A model generated the notes under the pieces. It worked only from the letters and a program-made list of their open reading frames with translations, did not search any database and was not told the origin of the DNA. Shown here in pieces: positions 13,540 to 25,739 of a stretch of DNA of 64,000 bases. The stretch's first letter is position 1, and every line of letters starts with the position of its first letter. Source of the stretch: Octopus sinensis (taxonomy: Eukaryota); the NCBI RefSeq assembly GCF_006345805.1, contig NC_043009.1, positions 43,152,001-43,216,000 of the forward strand. Reading direction: 5' to 3'. A program made the position numbers and the translations under genes.

Positions 13540-13900
13540 TGGAAATGACCATCATGACAAGCTTCTAACATTTCTCTTCGTGATGGTTATGGAATTAGTA
13601 TTGAGAAGTTTAAAGAACAGTTCAAAGAAAATGAAGATCTGAAAACATCTAGCACTGTCAACAGTGTTCCCCCTTCAGGGATGAATTTGTACCATAGTGA
13701 ACATTGCACAAAGAAAAATCTCTTAAATGAGTGGGTTACATCTTCCTACAATATCAACTGCAAACCAAAGCCCAGAGATTATTCTGTCCATATGATGAAG
13801 AAAGATCAAAGAATTCTACTGCATAATTGGACAGGAAATGATTCCAAAACATTGAGAGCTGTCAATTGAGGATGTAATGAATATTCAACATGTTTCCATA
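13540..13900 (+). pseudogene. Decayed non-LTR RT fragment (R2-group/Hero-like)
   Basis: Frame-hopping FLFVMVMELVLR ... KPKPRDYSV ... IGQEMIP resembles the RT segments ILFVLAMEVIL / KPKKSRSLS / GQQIP. Confidence 0.35.
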
Positions 13901-14299
13901 GATGATACAAAGAGGTGTATTGAGACTGAGTCAAGAATTGTGACAAGAGCTAACTGTTATTGTCAACTGCAGTTCTCATGTTACCATTCCAAATAAAACC
14001 ACTCATCCAAAAACATTGGTAGACTATACATACACAAACACATGTATACACCACATATATGTATGTATGTATAAATAAATATGTATATGTGTGTCTATAT
14101 AACATGCATACATATATACAAATATTCTATAATTATAAACATAATTATAATTAGGGGTCAGCTAATTGCTTCACCACATACCGAATTTAGAAATAGGAGT
14201 TAAAAATTCCTTTTGTACTACTGTAAGAATCTCCCAGAGAGTAACACACTTTTTTACGTAGGCAAAGAGAAAAATAAGGAATCAACATGACTCCAATTA

Positions 14300-14359
14300 G
14301 CCACAGATGCGTTTCAAGATTAAAGTGTTTAATTACTTACTTCTCCTCATCAGTGTAGC
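14300..14359 (-). ncRNA. Type-I hammerhead ribozyme motif (slightly decayed)
   Basis: GCTACA-CTGATGA-G-GAGA...TCTT-GAAA-CGCA-TC-TGTGGC; 6-bp stem I; two CpG-type transitions away from GAAACGCGTC. Confidence 0.7.
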
Positions 14360-14533
14360 ATTTCCAATATAAAATTTGAAAGTGCTAGGGTTAAGTAGGC
14401 ACACAATCAAGCGACATTATGCAACAGATATCCAACCAACACTTCCAAAATTTACACAGCCGAATGTGAATACATATTTATCCCTTGTACCCATGTATAT
14501 GTAACACACACACACACACACACACACACAAAT

Positions 14534-14566
<33 letters not shown>

Positions 14567-14583
14567 CACATATATATATACCA

Positions 14584-14715
14584 TTCTTATACAAGAATGT
14601 TGGTGACAGTGACTTCAAAGTTTTGGCCAGTTAAGCCATTGTCAGACTGTAGACCAATGATGGGTTAGCTGGCCAAATATTCAAAGTCACTGTCAACAAC
14701 ATTCTTGTATAAGAA
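14584..14715. repeat. 132-bp loopless palindrome (old fold-back element)
   Basis: Two 66-nt arms align without gaps; several mismatches are CA versus TG. Confidence 0.8.
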
Positions 14716-15037
14716 AAGAAAATTTGTATGTTGGAAAAGTATAGAGTAAACCAGGCACTGATGCAGCAGATATTTTAAATTTCATCTTCGGTGAACCTAG
14801 TTAAAGAAGACTAACCAGATTTATGATAAGAAACATATTCTGGAAAGTCTGAAACTCAAGTACTAGCTTATCCATCCTAGGTTGTCCATTTATCCAGTGT
14901 TCTTCCTAGAGGTAAGACGAAAATTTTTTTGTTCACTGCCCGCACACATCTTTGCCTGTTGACATTCAGTGAAGCATTACATAGCATCATACAGTTATTG
15001 ACTGCTATTTCTGCCACTATTTCCTATTTATACATAC

Positions 15038-15071
<34 letters not shown>

Positions 15072-15270
15072 TTGAGTAGTTGAATGAATTATCTTATTAT
15101 GGATAATTCGGTTAACCAATACCTGGGTAGCAAATTCATGTCAGAAAAACACGGTTGAAGCTACATGCCAAGGGTAGAGATCACGTGCTTTCGTGTGGAA
15201 ATTTGTGTGTTTTTTTAATACAAATAAATGAAAGAATGGAGTTGAACAACGAATTAACAAAATTCCTTTA

Positions 15271-15353
15271 TTCTCGACATATGTTTCGAAGGCTGCATAT
15301 TCCTAATTTCGAAGGAATAAGGGGTGTATTATGCTGCTTTCTCATCAGGAAAA
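15271..15353 (-). ncRNA. Type-I hammerhead ribozyme, complete core
   Basis: TTTTC-CTGATGA-GAAAGC..GCCTTC-GAAA-CATATG-TC-GAGAA; palindromic ACATATGT stem III, GUC site. Confidence 0.8.
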
Positions 15354-15426
15354 ACAAGGAACTTATGTCAGCATCAAGATGAACAGAAAAGTTTTTGTTC
15401 ATCTTGATGCTGACATAAGTTCCTTG

Positions 15427-15510
15427 TTTTTCCTGATGAGAAAGCAGTATAATACACCCCTTATTCCTTCGAAATTAGGAATATGCAGCCTTCGAAACAT
15501 ATGTCAAGAA
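15427..15510 (+). ncRNA. Type-I hammerhead, mirror copy with a stem I mismatch
   Basis: Same core; GTC is followed by AAGAA instead of GAGAA. Confidence 0.7.
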
Positions 15511-17540
15511 TAAAAGAATTTTGTTAATTCGTTGTTCAACTCCATTCTTTCATTTATTTATATATATATATATACATATTATATATACATACATATACTC
15601 AGTCACACATGCACATATATGTGGTTCACAAATTTTGTAAACCTGTAGTTTATAATGCTATTATTTCCCAGTTGTGATACCAAATAATAAATAAGCTTCA
15701 AGACCGAGCATTAGCATTGTGGCCCTTTATCGATAGTCTTATGTATACAAAAGTGGTTTGGTCTTCTACCAAGTTTTATGAATGTTGGGATGTAAGGTAC
15801 TACCGTAGAACTCCAGCTACCTTTAATGCCATAGTTGGAGGAGGCTAAAGTTACAAAGACCAAACACCATATGATGCTATGGAATCCACTTATTCCATTG
15901 TTCATGTCACCCTGTTAATAAGGATGACAGCGAGGAAACGGAATGTGAAAAAGGGTTGCAGAGACAGCCCTAGAAATGGAAGCAGTGAAAGGTGCTGTGA
16001 AGAAGACATAGGCAGGAATGAGACAGACATGGAAAATATGAGTACTCACCAGAATAACAGTGGGGGAATGAGAATACTGAACAGGTGAAAGACTGGGGAA
16101 GAGGGAGGGGTGAAAAGGAGGTGGAAGAGGGGAGAAGGGGAAGGAAGTTTGAGAAAGAGAAGACAGGAAGAGATGGAAGAGGAGGAAGACGACGAAAGAA
16201 AAGGACGAAGCAAAAGGAAGAGGAAGGAGGAGGGGGAGGAGGAGGACGGAAGGAGGGGAGGAGGAGGAGAGGAGCACGGAGGAGGAGGCGAGAGGAGCAC
16301 AGGGAGAGGAGGAGAGAGGAGCATGGAGGGAGGAAGAGGAGGAGGCCCACGGTTTGCTGCTAAGGTTAGGAAGCCAATGCACATTTGAAGTAAGGAAGAT
16401 ATTGAGGAGCATCTCGTAGAAAGTAGAATTGGCCAGAATGCAATTGCATCTGAAAGTGATATATGATCTGTCAGGAAATGCTTGCAAATGAACTGATGTT
16501 ATGAACTATGAAATTTTAAAGGTAGAGTATAAAGGTAAAGAACTATTGTAATAGATATATAGATATGTGTATGTGAATATGTGTGAAAGGGTGTGTGTAT
16601 GTGTGTGTCTGTTTGTCTGTGTTTCTCAATCTCTCTCCCTATATATATATGTTCATATAGAATCTGAAAATATTGGTAATAATTTAAATATAGAAGACAG
16701 AGTTGAAAGCAGTGTGACAGCCATACATTACTTTTAATGACCATAAAGTTAACTTTCTGAATAACCATTCAGCTCAACTTTTCAGTCCTACTAAAAGCCA
16801 ATTAGGTATCTTTGATAAAAATATTTTCAACTAAACAATCCTTTGAATTAAAAAAAAAAATGATTTTACGTATATGGAACAAAAGTATTTCTGTTATGAA
16901 TTGGTTTAATAGCATTAACAATAAACATGAATCTAAATTCACTCGCTTCAATATAAATAATTTCTACTCCTATTTTTACCAAAGATTTACTGCTAAAAGT
17001 ACTAATAATATTTATTAACAATCCATTAGTGAATCTGATATTAAATATATCAGGAATGCAAGATCCCTCCTACTGTTAAGTAATAAACAGTGGATGCATG
17101 TTACCTAGAGCATGCATCATAGGAGGCATGTTACCTAGAGCACAGAACAATGAGAGAAATTCAACTGCTGGAACTAGCCGCCATATTTCATTTAGATAAT
17201 GCACATATCTATAGTGAAGAACTCAAAGGATGGAGGTTTTCCTGGAAACACAAAATGAGACAGATGGGTGGAAGGGTGGAATCTGTTTGATCAGAGATGA
17301 CCTGGAGACAAATGACATAAACAAGAGCTATAGAAAGATTTGAACTCATGATCCTGCTGTAAATATTAATAACTTGCAGGGACATGATATTTTGTTATGC
17401 AACCATAACATACTACAAAGTATATTAAATGTTTTTACAAGCCTTTGCCATGTTCTACTGTGTTAACAGTGCTATTACATCACTTGTTAAGGTTATTTCT
17501 ACAGATTTTCTATAGAAATTAAAACCAGCACTAATTTTAC

Positions 17541-17727
17541 TGTTCTATATTTAAGAGATGTGGAATTATGTACATTATTTACATTATTTACAATTGACAG
17601 ATATTTGTCCTCATCTTGTTTGTTGTTAACACGCTTCAGCTGATATACACGCCAGCCTTCATCAGGTGTCATGGGAGAATTTCGAACCTGGGTCTCATTC
17701 CTAAGGTATTTTTCGATGTTGTTGTTG

Positions 17728-17769
<42 letters not shown>

Positions 17770-17922
17770 TATTATTATTATTCAGGTCACTACCTGGAAT
17801 TGAAATCAGAATCTTGGGGTTAGTAGCCCTTGCTCTTAACCACTATGCCACAGGCATATGGCGTAGTGGTTAAGAGCGTGGGCTACTAACCCCAAGATTC
17901 CAAGTTTGATTCCAGACAGTGA

Positions 17923-17966
<44 letters not shown>

Positions 17967-18114
17967 TCAAAAAATACCTTAGGAATGAGAACCCAAGTTC
18001 GAAATTTCCCCAAGACACCTGATGAAGGCTGGAGGGTATATCAGCCGAAACGTTGTGTTAACAACAAACATGAAGAGGACAAATATCCGTCAATTGTAAA
18101 TAATGTAAATAATG
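17541..18114. mobile_element. Head-to-head inverted pair of tRNA-headed hammerhead-tailed elements
   Basis: Centre cttaaccactatgcca-ca-ggcatatggcgtagtggttaag; A box TGGCGTAGTGG; decayed B box; (aat)n; hammerhead tail. Confidence 0.85.
18014..18059 (+). ncRNA. Minimal type-I hammerhead ribozyme, complete core
   Basis: GACAC-CTGATGA-A-GGCTG-gagggtatat-CAGCC-GAAA-CG-TT-GTGTT. Confidence 0.75.
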
Positions 18115-18773
18115 AGCACTGATTTTGTTATAACATTTCATATCTTAACATGACTAATGTAGACAACATTACCCATTTTTCATCTTAGATCTCATTGCTG
18201 TTTACATTAGGTGTACTTAGACATGAAACAGCATCACAAATCAGTGCTGGCTCTAATTCTAAAGAAACTCTGTAGTGAAGACTTTAACAAGTAATCCTGC
18301 AGTAAGAGAAAGGGAAAGAGTGAGAGGATTGTCACAATAGCTTTAGGTCACATTTATTGTACGTGCTAAATGTGATTTGAAACAGCGTACTCAGCATTTG
18401 TTTGAGATGAAATTTCACTTACAGCAACAACGATAACAACAACAACATAAACAATAAACTACAACATAACACAAGCATAAATATTCTTGCTGCTGTGATT
18501 TTTAAAAGAACATGAGCTTGACGGTTAAGGAAGAAACCTCTCGGAAATTTATATTTAAAAATAAATAAAGAAGGAAAGAAAGAAAGGAAGGAAGGAAGAA
18601 AAAAAGAAAGAAGGATAAGCTATGGAATATTATGGAATTTCCTGAAATCAAATCAAAGACAACAAACAAGAATTTCTGTTGCTATTTTTTTTTCTTGAAA
18701 ATAATAATGAAACGGATATCAAAAATGTCACCAAGAGATCTGTAAATAGGAATAATTATGAAGAATACATTAG

Positions 18774-18774
<1 letters not shown>

Positions 18775-18815
<41 letters not shown>

Positions 18816-18834
18816 GTTATTATTATTATTATTA

Positions 18835-18881
<47 letters not shown>

Positions 18882-18903
18882 GTTATTATTATTATTATTA
18901 TTA

Positions 18904-18943
<40 letters not shown>

Positions 18944-19050
18944 GTTATTATTATTATTATTATATTATTATTATTATTATTGTTATTATTATTATTATAT
19001 TATTATTATATTATTATTGTGTTGTTATTATTATTATTATTATTATATTA

Positions 19051-19087
<37 letters not shown>

Positions 19088-19273
19088 CATTATTATTATT
19101 ATTATGTTATTTAATTATTATTGTTATTATTATTATTGTTGTTATTATTATTGTTATTATTATTATTTTTATTATTATTATTATTATTATTATTGTCATT
19201 ATTATTATTATTATTATTATTATTGAAATCATCATCATCATTGTCATTTCTGTTATTGCCATTACTACTACTA

Positions 19274-19308
<35 letters not shown>

Positions 19309-19345
19309 ACTACTATTATTATTTTTATTATTGTTGCTGTTGTTG
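18775..19345. repeat. Long (ATT)n compound microsatellite
   Basis: About 570 bp of att/gtt/act/gct triplets. Confidence 0.95.
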
Positions 19346-19676
19346 CTAGAGTTTTTTGAGAGATATTCCTTTATAGTATGTACTCACCGATTTTAAAACA
19401 ACAAAATAAGAAAAAGAAAAAAAGGCATAGTAATGGCATACTGGTGGCATGATGGAGAAGGTTGTTGGAGATTGTGGTCAGAGAGATGTGGGGAGGTCAG
19501 TCATAAACTGTAAAGGAAGAACTAGAGTATTTTATATCATTATTTTTAGAATGACTCAAATAACATGATTGTAACAAAATAAATGTAAGTGTACAAAAAT
19601 ATATAAACTATGAAAATAAAAAATTAAATTTAATTTTAGAACACACACGAGCACTTGTGTATTTGTATGTGTACAC

Positions 19677-19708
<32 letters not shown>

Positions 19709-20044
19709 TTGTATGTATGTATGTATGTATGTGTATGTTTGTATATGAAGTATGCTAAACTCAATTTTACATTCAAATTTTTTCGAAAAAATGAAATAAG
19801 AACAACAAAATGATAAAAAGAAACAAAGAGAAACTGATATGAAATATGTTCAGTTAAAAGAAATGCATTCTGGGTATTTAAAATATCACCATAAGTTATT
19901 GAATGTAATATGAACCTTGTTCCAAGCAAAAATATTCATAAAATTTGAATACAGCATTGGGGCTAAACACTGCTATCAATTACTTATAACTAAAATGAAC
20001 TTCATGAGATTTCAAAATTATTATTATTATTAATATTATTATTA

Positions 20045-20081
<37 letters not shown>

Positions 20082-20172
20082 TTTTATCATAATTATTGTT
20101 GTTGTTGTTGTTGTTCTTCTTCTTCTAATTATTATCATTATTATTATCGTCATCTTCATCATCATCATCATC

Positions 20173-20395
20173 AAAGTGGCAAGCTGGCAGAATCATTAGC
20201 ATGCCAGGCAAAATATTATGCGACATATCGTCTGTCGTTACGTTCCGAGTTCAAAATCTGCTGAGGTCGATATTGCCTTTCATCCTTTCATGGTCGTTAA
20301 ATTAAGTACCAGTTGAATACTAGCATTGATGTAATCGACTAGTCCCCACCCCTAACTTCCAGTCGTCGCGCCTTTAGTAGAAAGGATTATTATTA
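20173..20395 (+). mobile_element. SINE family B
   Basis: aaagtggcaagctggcagaa head and cctttcatcctttc core. Confidence 0.7.
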
Positions 20396-20410
20396 TTATT
20401 ATTATTATCT

Positions 20411-21310
20411 GGGACGTAGTCAGTCCACCTGTGCATACCTTCCTTCTTGTGACACTTGTGAAGACCTGTTGAGACAAGTGATCAAATCAAATCAAATCAA
20501 ATCAAAATAGATGAACATCAATGGAATTTGTATCTTTGTGGTACCAGTGCCGGTGGCACACAAGAAAACCATCCGAACGTGGCCGTAGCCAGTACCGCAT
20601 CGACTGGCCTCCGTGCTGTGGGCACGTAACAAACACCATCCATCTGGCACCTGTGTCGGAGGCACATAAAAACATCATCCAAAGACCCGGCAAGACTAGT
20701 CAGGCCATAACCCGTGGCCCCTACCTGGGACGTTGTCAGTTCACCTGTGCATACCTTCCTTCCTTCTTGTGACACTTGTGAAGACCTGTTGAGGCAAGTG
20801 AAAATCAAATCAAATCAAATCAAAATAGATGAACGTCAATGGAATTTGTATCTTTGTGGTACCAGTGCCGGTGGCACACAAGAAAACCATCCGAACGTGG
20901 CTGTAGCCAGTACCGCATCGACTGGCCTCCGTGCTGTGGGCACGTAAGAAACACCATCCAATCGTGGCCGTTCGTCAGCCTCGTCTGGCACCTGTGTCGG
21001 TGGCACATAAAAACACCATCCGAGCGTGGCCGTTCGCCAGCCTCGTCTGGCACCTGTGTCGGTGGCACATAAAAAGACCATCCGAGCGTGGCCGTTTGCC
21101 AGCCTCGTCTGGCACCTGTGTCGGTGGCACATAAAATCACCCACTACACTCTCGGAGTGGTTGGCGTTAGGAAGGGCATCCAGCTGTAGAAACACTGCCA
21201 GATCTGACTGGCCTGGTGCAGCCTTCGGGCTCCCCAGACCCCAGTTGAACCGTCCAACCCATGCTAGCATGGAAAGCGGACGTTAAATGATGATGATGAT
21301 GATGATGATT
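20411..21310 (+). mobile_element. SINE family C with duplicated 5' part and 60-bp internal subrepeats
   Basis: 20430-20740 repeated at 20740-20990; three gccagcctcgtctggcacc units; (atg)n tail. Confidence 0.8.
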
Positions 21311-21329
21311 ATCATTATTATTATTATTA

Positions 21330-21648
21330 TTACCTCCACCTTAGCAAAGGTGGAGGTATTGCTTTTAGTTGTGCTCGTTTGTTTGTTTGTCCATGAACAA
21401 AATATCTCAAGAACCGCTAGATGGGTTCAGATGAAACTTTCGGGGATGTTTGGCCCCCAACTCTGGCACAAACTGATTAGATTTTGGGATCGAGCCAGTA
21501 ACGGACAAAGATTCTGGATCATTTTTCCAGATTTTTACTTCCTTTTTGAGAACACTCGGGTTCATTTTTGGTATTCTTGTTTGTGAGAGCATTGAAAGGA
21601 TGTTGGTGTTGCTTTGGCAGAGGTTTGTGCTCTCTGAGTGCTCTTGCT
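21330..21648 (+). mobile_element. Non-autonomous Helentron (HINE)
   Basis: ttattacctccacc..ggtggaggta palindromic start and tggcagaggtttgtgctctctgagtgctct end. Confidence 0.7.
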
Positions 21649-21671
21649 ATTATTATAATTATCATCATCAT

Positions 21672-21883
21672 TAAGGTAGAGAGCTGGCAGAATCATTAGC
21701 ACCTGGGCAGAATGCTTAGTGTCATTTCGTCTGTCTTGACATTTTGGGTTCAAATGCCACTGAGGTTGACTTTACCTTTCATCCTTTCAGGTTTGATAAA
21801 TTGAGTACCAGTTGAGTACTGGGGTCGACGTAATCAACCTAGCCCCTTCTTTGAGCTTGCTGGCCTTGTACCAAAACTTGAAT

Positions 21884-21885
<2 letters not shown>
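21672..21885 (+). mobile_element. SINE family B
   Basis: aaggtagagagctggcagaa head and core. Confidence 0.7.
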
Positions 21886-21940
<55 letters not shown>

Positions 21941-21941
<1 letters not shown>

Positions 21942-22285
21942 CTGTTTGACTTTTGCTTTATATTTGCACAAGTTGGCTCCAAGTTTCACCCAGAAACCTC
22001 AAGAGACAACAGGCTGGAAGTTCATGTTGTTGTTATGGCTAGTGTGCCATATATTTGGTTTTGTATTTAGTGTTGTACTAGTGAATGCCTAAAAAACAAA
22101 AAAAGAAAATTATGTTTGTTTTAAAACTTGAGATTACATAGAAAGTATTTTGCGTAGGACATGAGCAGTTCCCATGAGCACTATCTTTTGAATTTCTGCC
22201 ATTTTGGGGTTTCCTGGTATCTGAGTTAGGTAGCGGTCAGCCCCTTTTGCTATCATTCCCAGAGCACCTATGACAACAGGTATTG

Positions 22286-22290
<5 letters not shown>
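21941..22290 (-). mobile_element. 5'-truncated R4/Dong-clade retrotransposon in (TAA)n
   Basis: KTIPVVIGALGM...IQKIVLMGTAHVLRKILSM* RLE C-terminus plus 3'UTR; (att)n on both flanks. Confidence 0.8.
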
Positions 22291-22327
<37 letters not shown>

Positions 22328-22342
22328 CACCATCATAGTTAT

Positions 22343-22548
22343 TAAGGCAGTGAGCTGGCAGAATCATTAGCATACCAGACAAAATGTTTCATGGCATTTC
22401 ATCTGTCTTTATGTTCAAATTCTGCCAGGCTTGACTTTGCTTTTCATCCTTTCAGGGTCAATAAAATAAGTACCAGTTGAGTACTGGGGTCGTTATAATT
22501 GAATTACCTCCTCCTCAAAATTGCTGGCCCACTACCAAAATTTGAAAA
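22343..22548 (+). mobile_element. SINE family B
   Basis: aaggcagtgagctggcagaa head and core. Confidence 0.7.
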
Positions 22549-22550
22549 TA

Positions 22551-22597
<47 letters not shown>

Positions 22598-22616
22598 GTT
22601 ATTATTATTATTACTA

Positions 22617-22759
22617 TTTTCTCTTTATCACAGGTTTTGTTGGAGCTCCTGGGGTCTTGCCTGAATAGTGGGCTTGCTACTTGCATCCTACTTACTCTAT
22701 CTGTTCTTTTCAGCTATCTAATACTTTCCTGATTATTCTAGCCATGCCAAGGGAGCATG
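22617..22759 (-). mobile_element. 3' stub of a second R4/Dong family in (TAA)n
   Basis: LGMARIIRKVLDS* followed by a distinct 3'UTR; (att)n on both flanks. Confidence 0.6.
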
Positions 22760-23489
22760 TTATTATTATTATTATTATTATTATTTGCTATTGTTGTTCT
22801 TTTTATAAAGAATTTTTTTGTTTGAATTTGGTACAATAAATATAGTGTTCAACAATGTGAAGAATATAAATTCACCAGAATGACAATGAATATTCATTTT
22901 GTTCAAGAATTGCTTTTATGGTCTTATTTTTTTCTCCCATTTATTTATTTACCCATATTTATTTAATTACCTTGTTTTATTTATCAATCCCCCACCTCCC
23001 CGTTTTTTAGCATTAGTTTTATTTTATTTACTATTATATATATATATGTTATTTTGCATTTTTTTAACTTTGGAAATATATTCTTAAAAGTTATAGCCAT
23101 TATAACAAATTTTTTAAGTTAAAAAAGTAAAAATAAAAATTAAAAAATGCCTAGAAAAATAAATAGAAAATAAAAGAAAGAAAGAAAGAAAGAAAGTAAG
23201 AAATGTTGTGGCAATACCTAATCCAATAGTTCTTTTCTAAAATCATTTAATGTGATTGTTGTATGATGTGTTCTTCATATGAGAGTCAAAGTTCAAGTGA
23301 CCATTAGATAAAATTCAATATTATACCATATATTATATTATACTATATTATATTATATCATATATTATATCATATTATATATGTCTATAGATAATAATCA
23401 GTCATCGGAACTTCAGATATATATTGTTTAGAATTAGACTTTAGGCAACTACAGAATATCATATTAGTTTCAAATTTTGGCACAAGCCA

Positions 23490-23680
23490 TATATTTTGGA
23501 GGAGGGGTAAGTTGCTTACAGTGACCCTAATGCTTAACTGATACTTATATTATTGATCCCAAAAGGATGGAAGGGAAAATCAACCCCAGTGAAATTTGGC
23601 CTCAGAATGTAAGGATGGACAAAGTGCGGCTATGCACTTTGACCAGCAGGCTAACAATTCTGCCTACACACCACCTTAAA
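23490..23680 (-). mobile_element. SINE family B (diverged)
   Basis: Reverse-complement core aaaaggatggaagggaaaatcaacc. Confidence 0.6.
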
Positions 23681-23974
23681 ATACAGAACATAATATTAAG
23701 GAATAACAAGAGAACAGGAGTCCAGTAACTGATATATTGTGAGCAGGAGAGTGAACCCCTACCACCTCTTAGTGATGGGATCAGCAGACCGGCCTGGTTT
23801 TGGGCTACTTCTGCCACTCTTCAATACTGGACACATCCTCTGCTTGCAATATATTGGATGCAGTCCTGTAATCAGTTGCATTAGCTTACAGTTGTTTCTG
23901 TAGTAAGAAGCAATGTGCACAGAGCTGAGTTCTTGTGTAACACCACATATCTTCTTTTATGGCCACCAACTGGC

Positions 23975-24290
23975 TCCTGTGCTGAGGTACGTAAAAAGGA
24001 GCATCTGAACGTGGTCGATGCCAGGGCTGCCCGACTGGCTCCCGTACTGGTGGCACATTAAAAGCACAATCCAAACATGGTTGATGCCAGTGCCCCTGAC
24101 TGGCTCCCATGCCAGTGGCATGTAAAAAGCACCCACTACACTCTCGGAGTGGTTGGCATTAGGAAGGGCATCCAGCTGTAGAAACATTGCCAGATCAGAG
24201 CCTGGTGCAGCTGCTGGCTTTCCAGGCCTCAGTCAAACCATCCAACCCATGTCAGCATGGAAAATGGATGTTAAACGATGATGGTAATGA
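23975..24290 (+). mobile_element. SINE family C
   Basis: aaaaagcacccactacactctcggagtggttggcattaggaagggcatcc...gttaaacgatgatg. Confidence 0.75.
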
Positions 24291-24334
24291 TGATATGTAT
24301 GTACATATGTGTGTGTGTGTGTGTGTGTGTGTTG

Positions 24335-24775
24335 AGGCACATGTGCCGTCGCTGTGTGCTAAGAAGCTCACTTCCCAAATCTCATGATTCTGGGTTCAGT
24401 CCCACCACGTGGACCTTGGGCAAGTGTCATCTACAATAGCTTTGGGCTGACCAAAGCCTTATGAGTGGATTTGGCAGGCAGAAACTGAAAGAATTGTATG
24501 TGTGTGTACATACGTGTGTGTGTGTCTGTATGTGTCTGTGTATGTGCATTATATTATATTTGTGCATTATATTTGTGTTTGCCCCCCCCCCCATCATTGT
24601 TGGTGTGTTTAAGTTCTGGTAACTTAATGGTTCAGCAAAAGGGACTAATAGAATAAGTAACAGGTTAGAAAAAGGTAAAAAATAAGTACTGAGGTTGATT
24701 CATTCTACTGAAGATTCTTCATAGCGGTATCCCAGCATGGCAGCAGTCTAATGACTGCAACAAGCAAAAGACAAA
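24335..24775 (+). mobile_element. SINE family A (diverged)
   Basis: gggttcagtccc..ccttgggcaagtgtc core and cagcatggcagcagtc tail. Confidence 0.7.
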
Positions 24776-25739
24776 AATATATAAATATATATATATGCAC
24801 TTTCTTACACATAAGTGGTGGGTCCAGTGTCAACATAAGAAAGCTCAAATTCTTGGAATTGGCCAGGCAAATTATCATTAATCCAAAGAATAAAATCCAA
24901 AACAATAAGCAAAGCAAAAGCAAATTACTTGTCAGGATAAATTTTCAGAAATAATTTTAACCAACTAAAGGAATTCTTATGAGCTTAAAAATAATATTAA
25001 CATCTAAATATACATGAAGTTTAGTGAGAAAAGATTAGGTATTTTAACAACAGAGAGAAAATATTTGTAAACTTATACGGCATTTAAATTGTGCCTCAAA
25101 ATAAACAAAGAATGTATTTTTGGATTTCCACATAAGCCCTCTCTCTGTAGGAGTTAGTAAGTGAATGTGTGTGCGTGCGTATATATATGTTAGCTGCAAG
25201 CATATATATATAGATAGATAGAGAGATAGATGTGTGTGTGTGTTTCCAAAGTCGAGTCTTAGAGTGTGAGTAAAATAACATTCAACCTGAGCACAGGGGC
25301 ACAAAAATACCTTTAGTTGGTCAGGTCCTGCAGTGAAAATACTGTGAGTGAGGGACTTCTTGCTATTGTTTCAGCATCCTTTTAGGAGATGGACACTCTG
25401 TTGCAAAATTTGTGATTTCATGTGATTACTGGTCATCTTGCTTTGGCCTGTCACTAGGCTCAGAGAGTGGTACTCATGTTGTACAAGCATTTCTCACTAT
25501 AATCTAATGATGGACAGGTGTCACTTTAAGGTGATCTCATTTGTCATCTCTTCTGCTGGAAGTCCCATGGCAATGGAAAAGTGGTGACACGGGCAGACTT
25601 TACCAGTTGGAAGTGCACACTGGGTTACAGGACTGAATTATCATCTGAGAGATCATGGATGGTAAGTCAGAAATGATATTGTCAACAAAGAAGCACAATT
25701 ACCTGTGATGATGGAGCAATCATTATGTATGAATATGTG

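Larger units (their letters stand above)
15222..15559. mobile_element. 338-bp near-perfect palindrome (inverted Penelope pLTR-like pair) with two divergent hammerheads
   Basis: Arms of about 165 bp centred at 15390; right end abuts (TA)n. Confidence 0.8.

Noticed and set aside
14584-14715. Pre-miRNA
   Set aside because: No loop, and substitutions break pairing rather than compensate.
17853-17925. tRNA gene
   Set aside because: A/B boxes and an anticodon-like stem are present, but the acceptor stem does not pair and the sequence runs into a repeat body; it is a SINE head.
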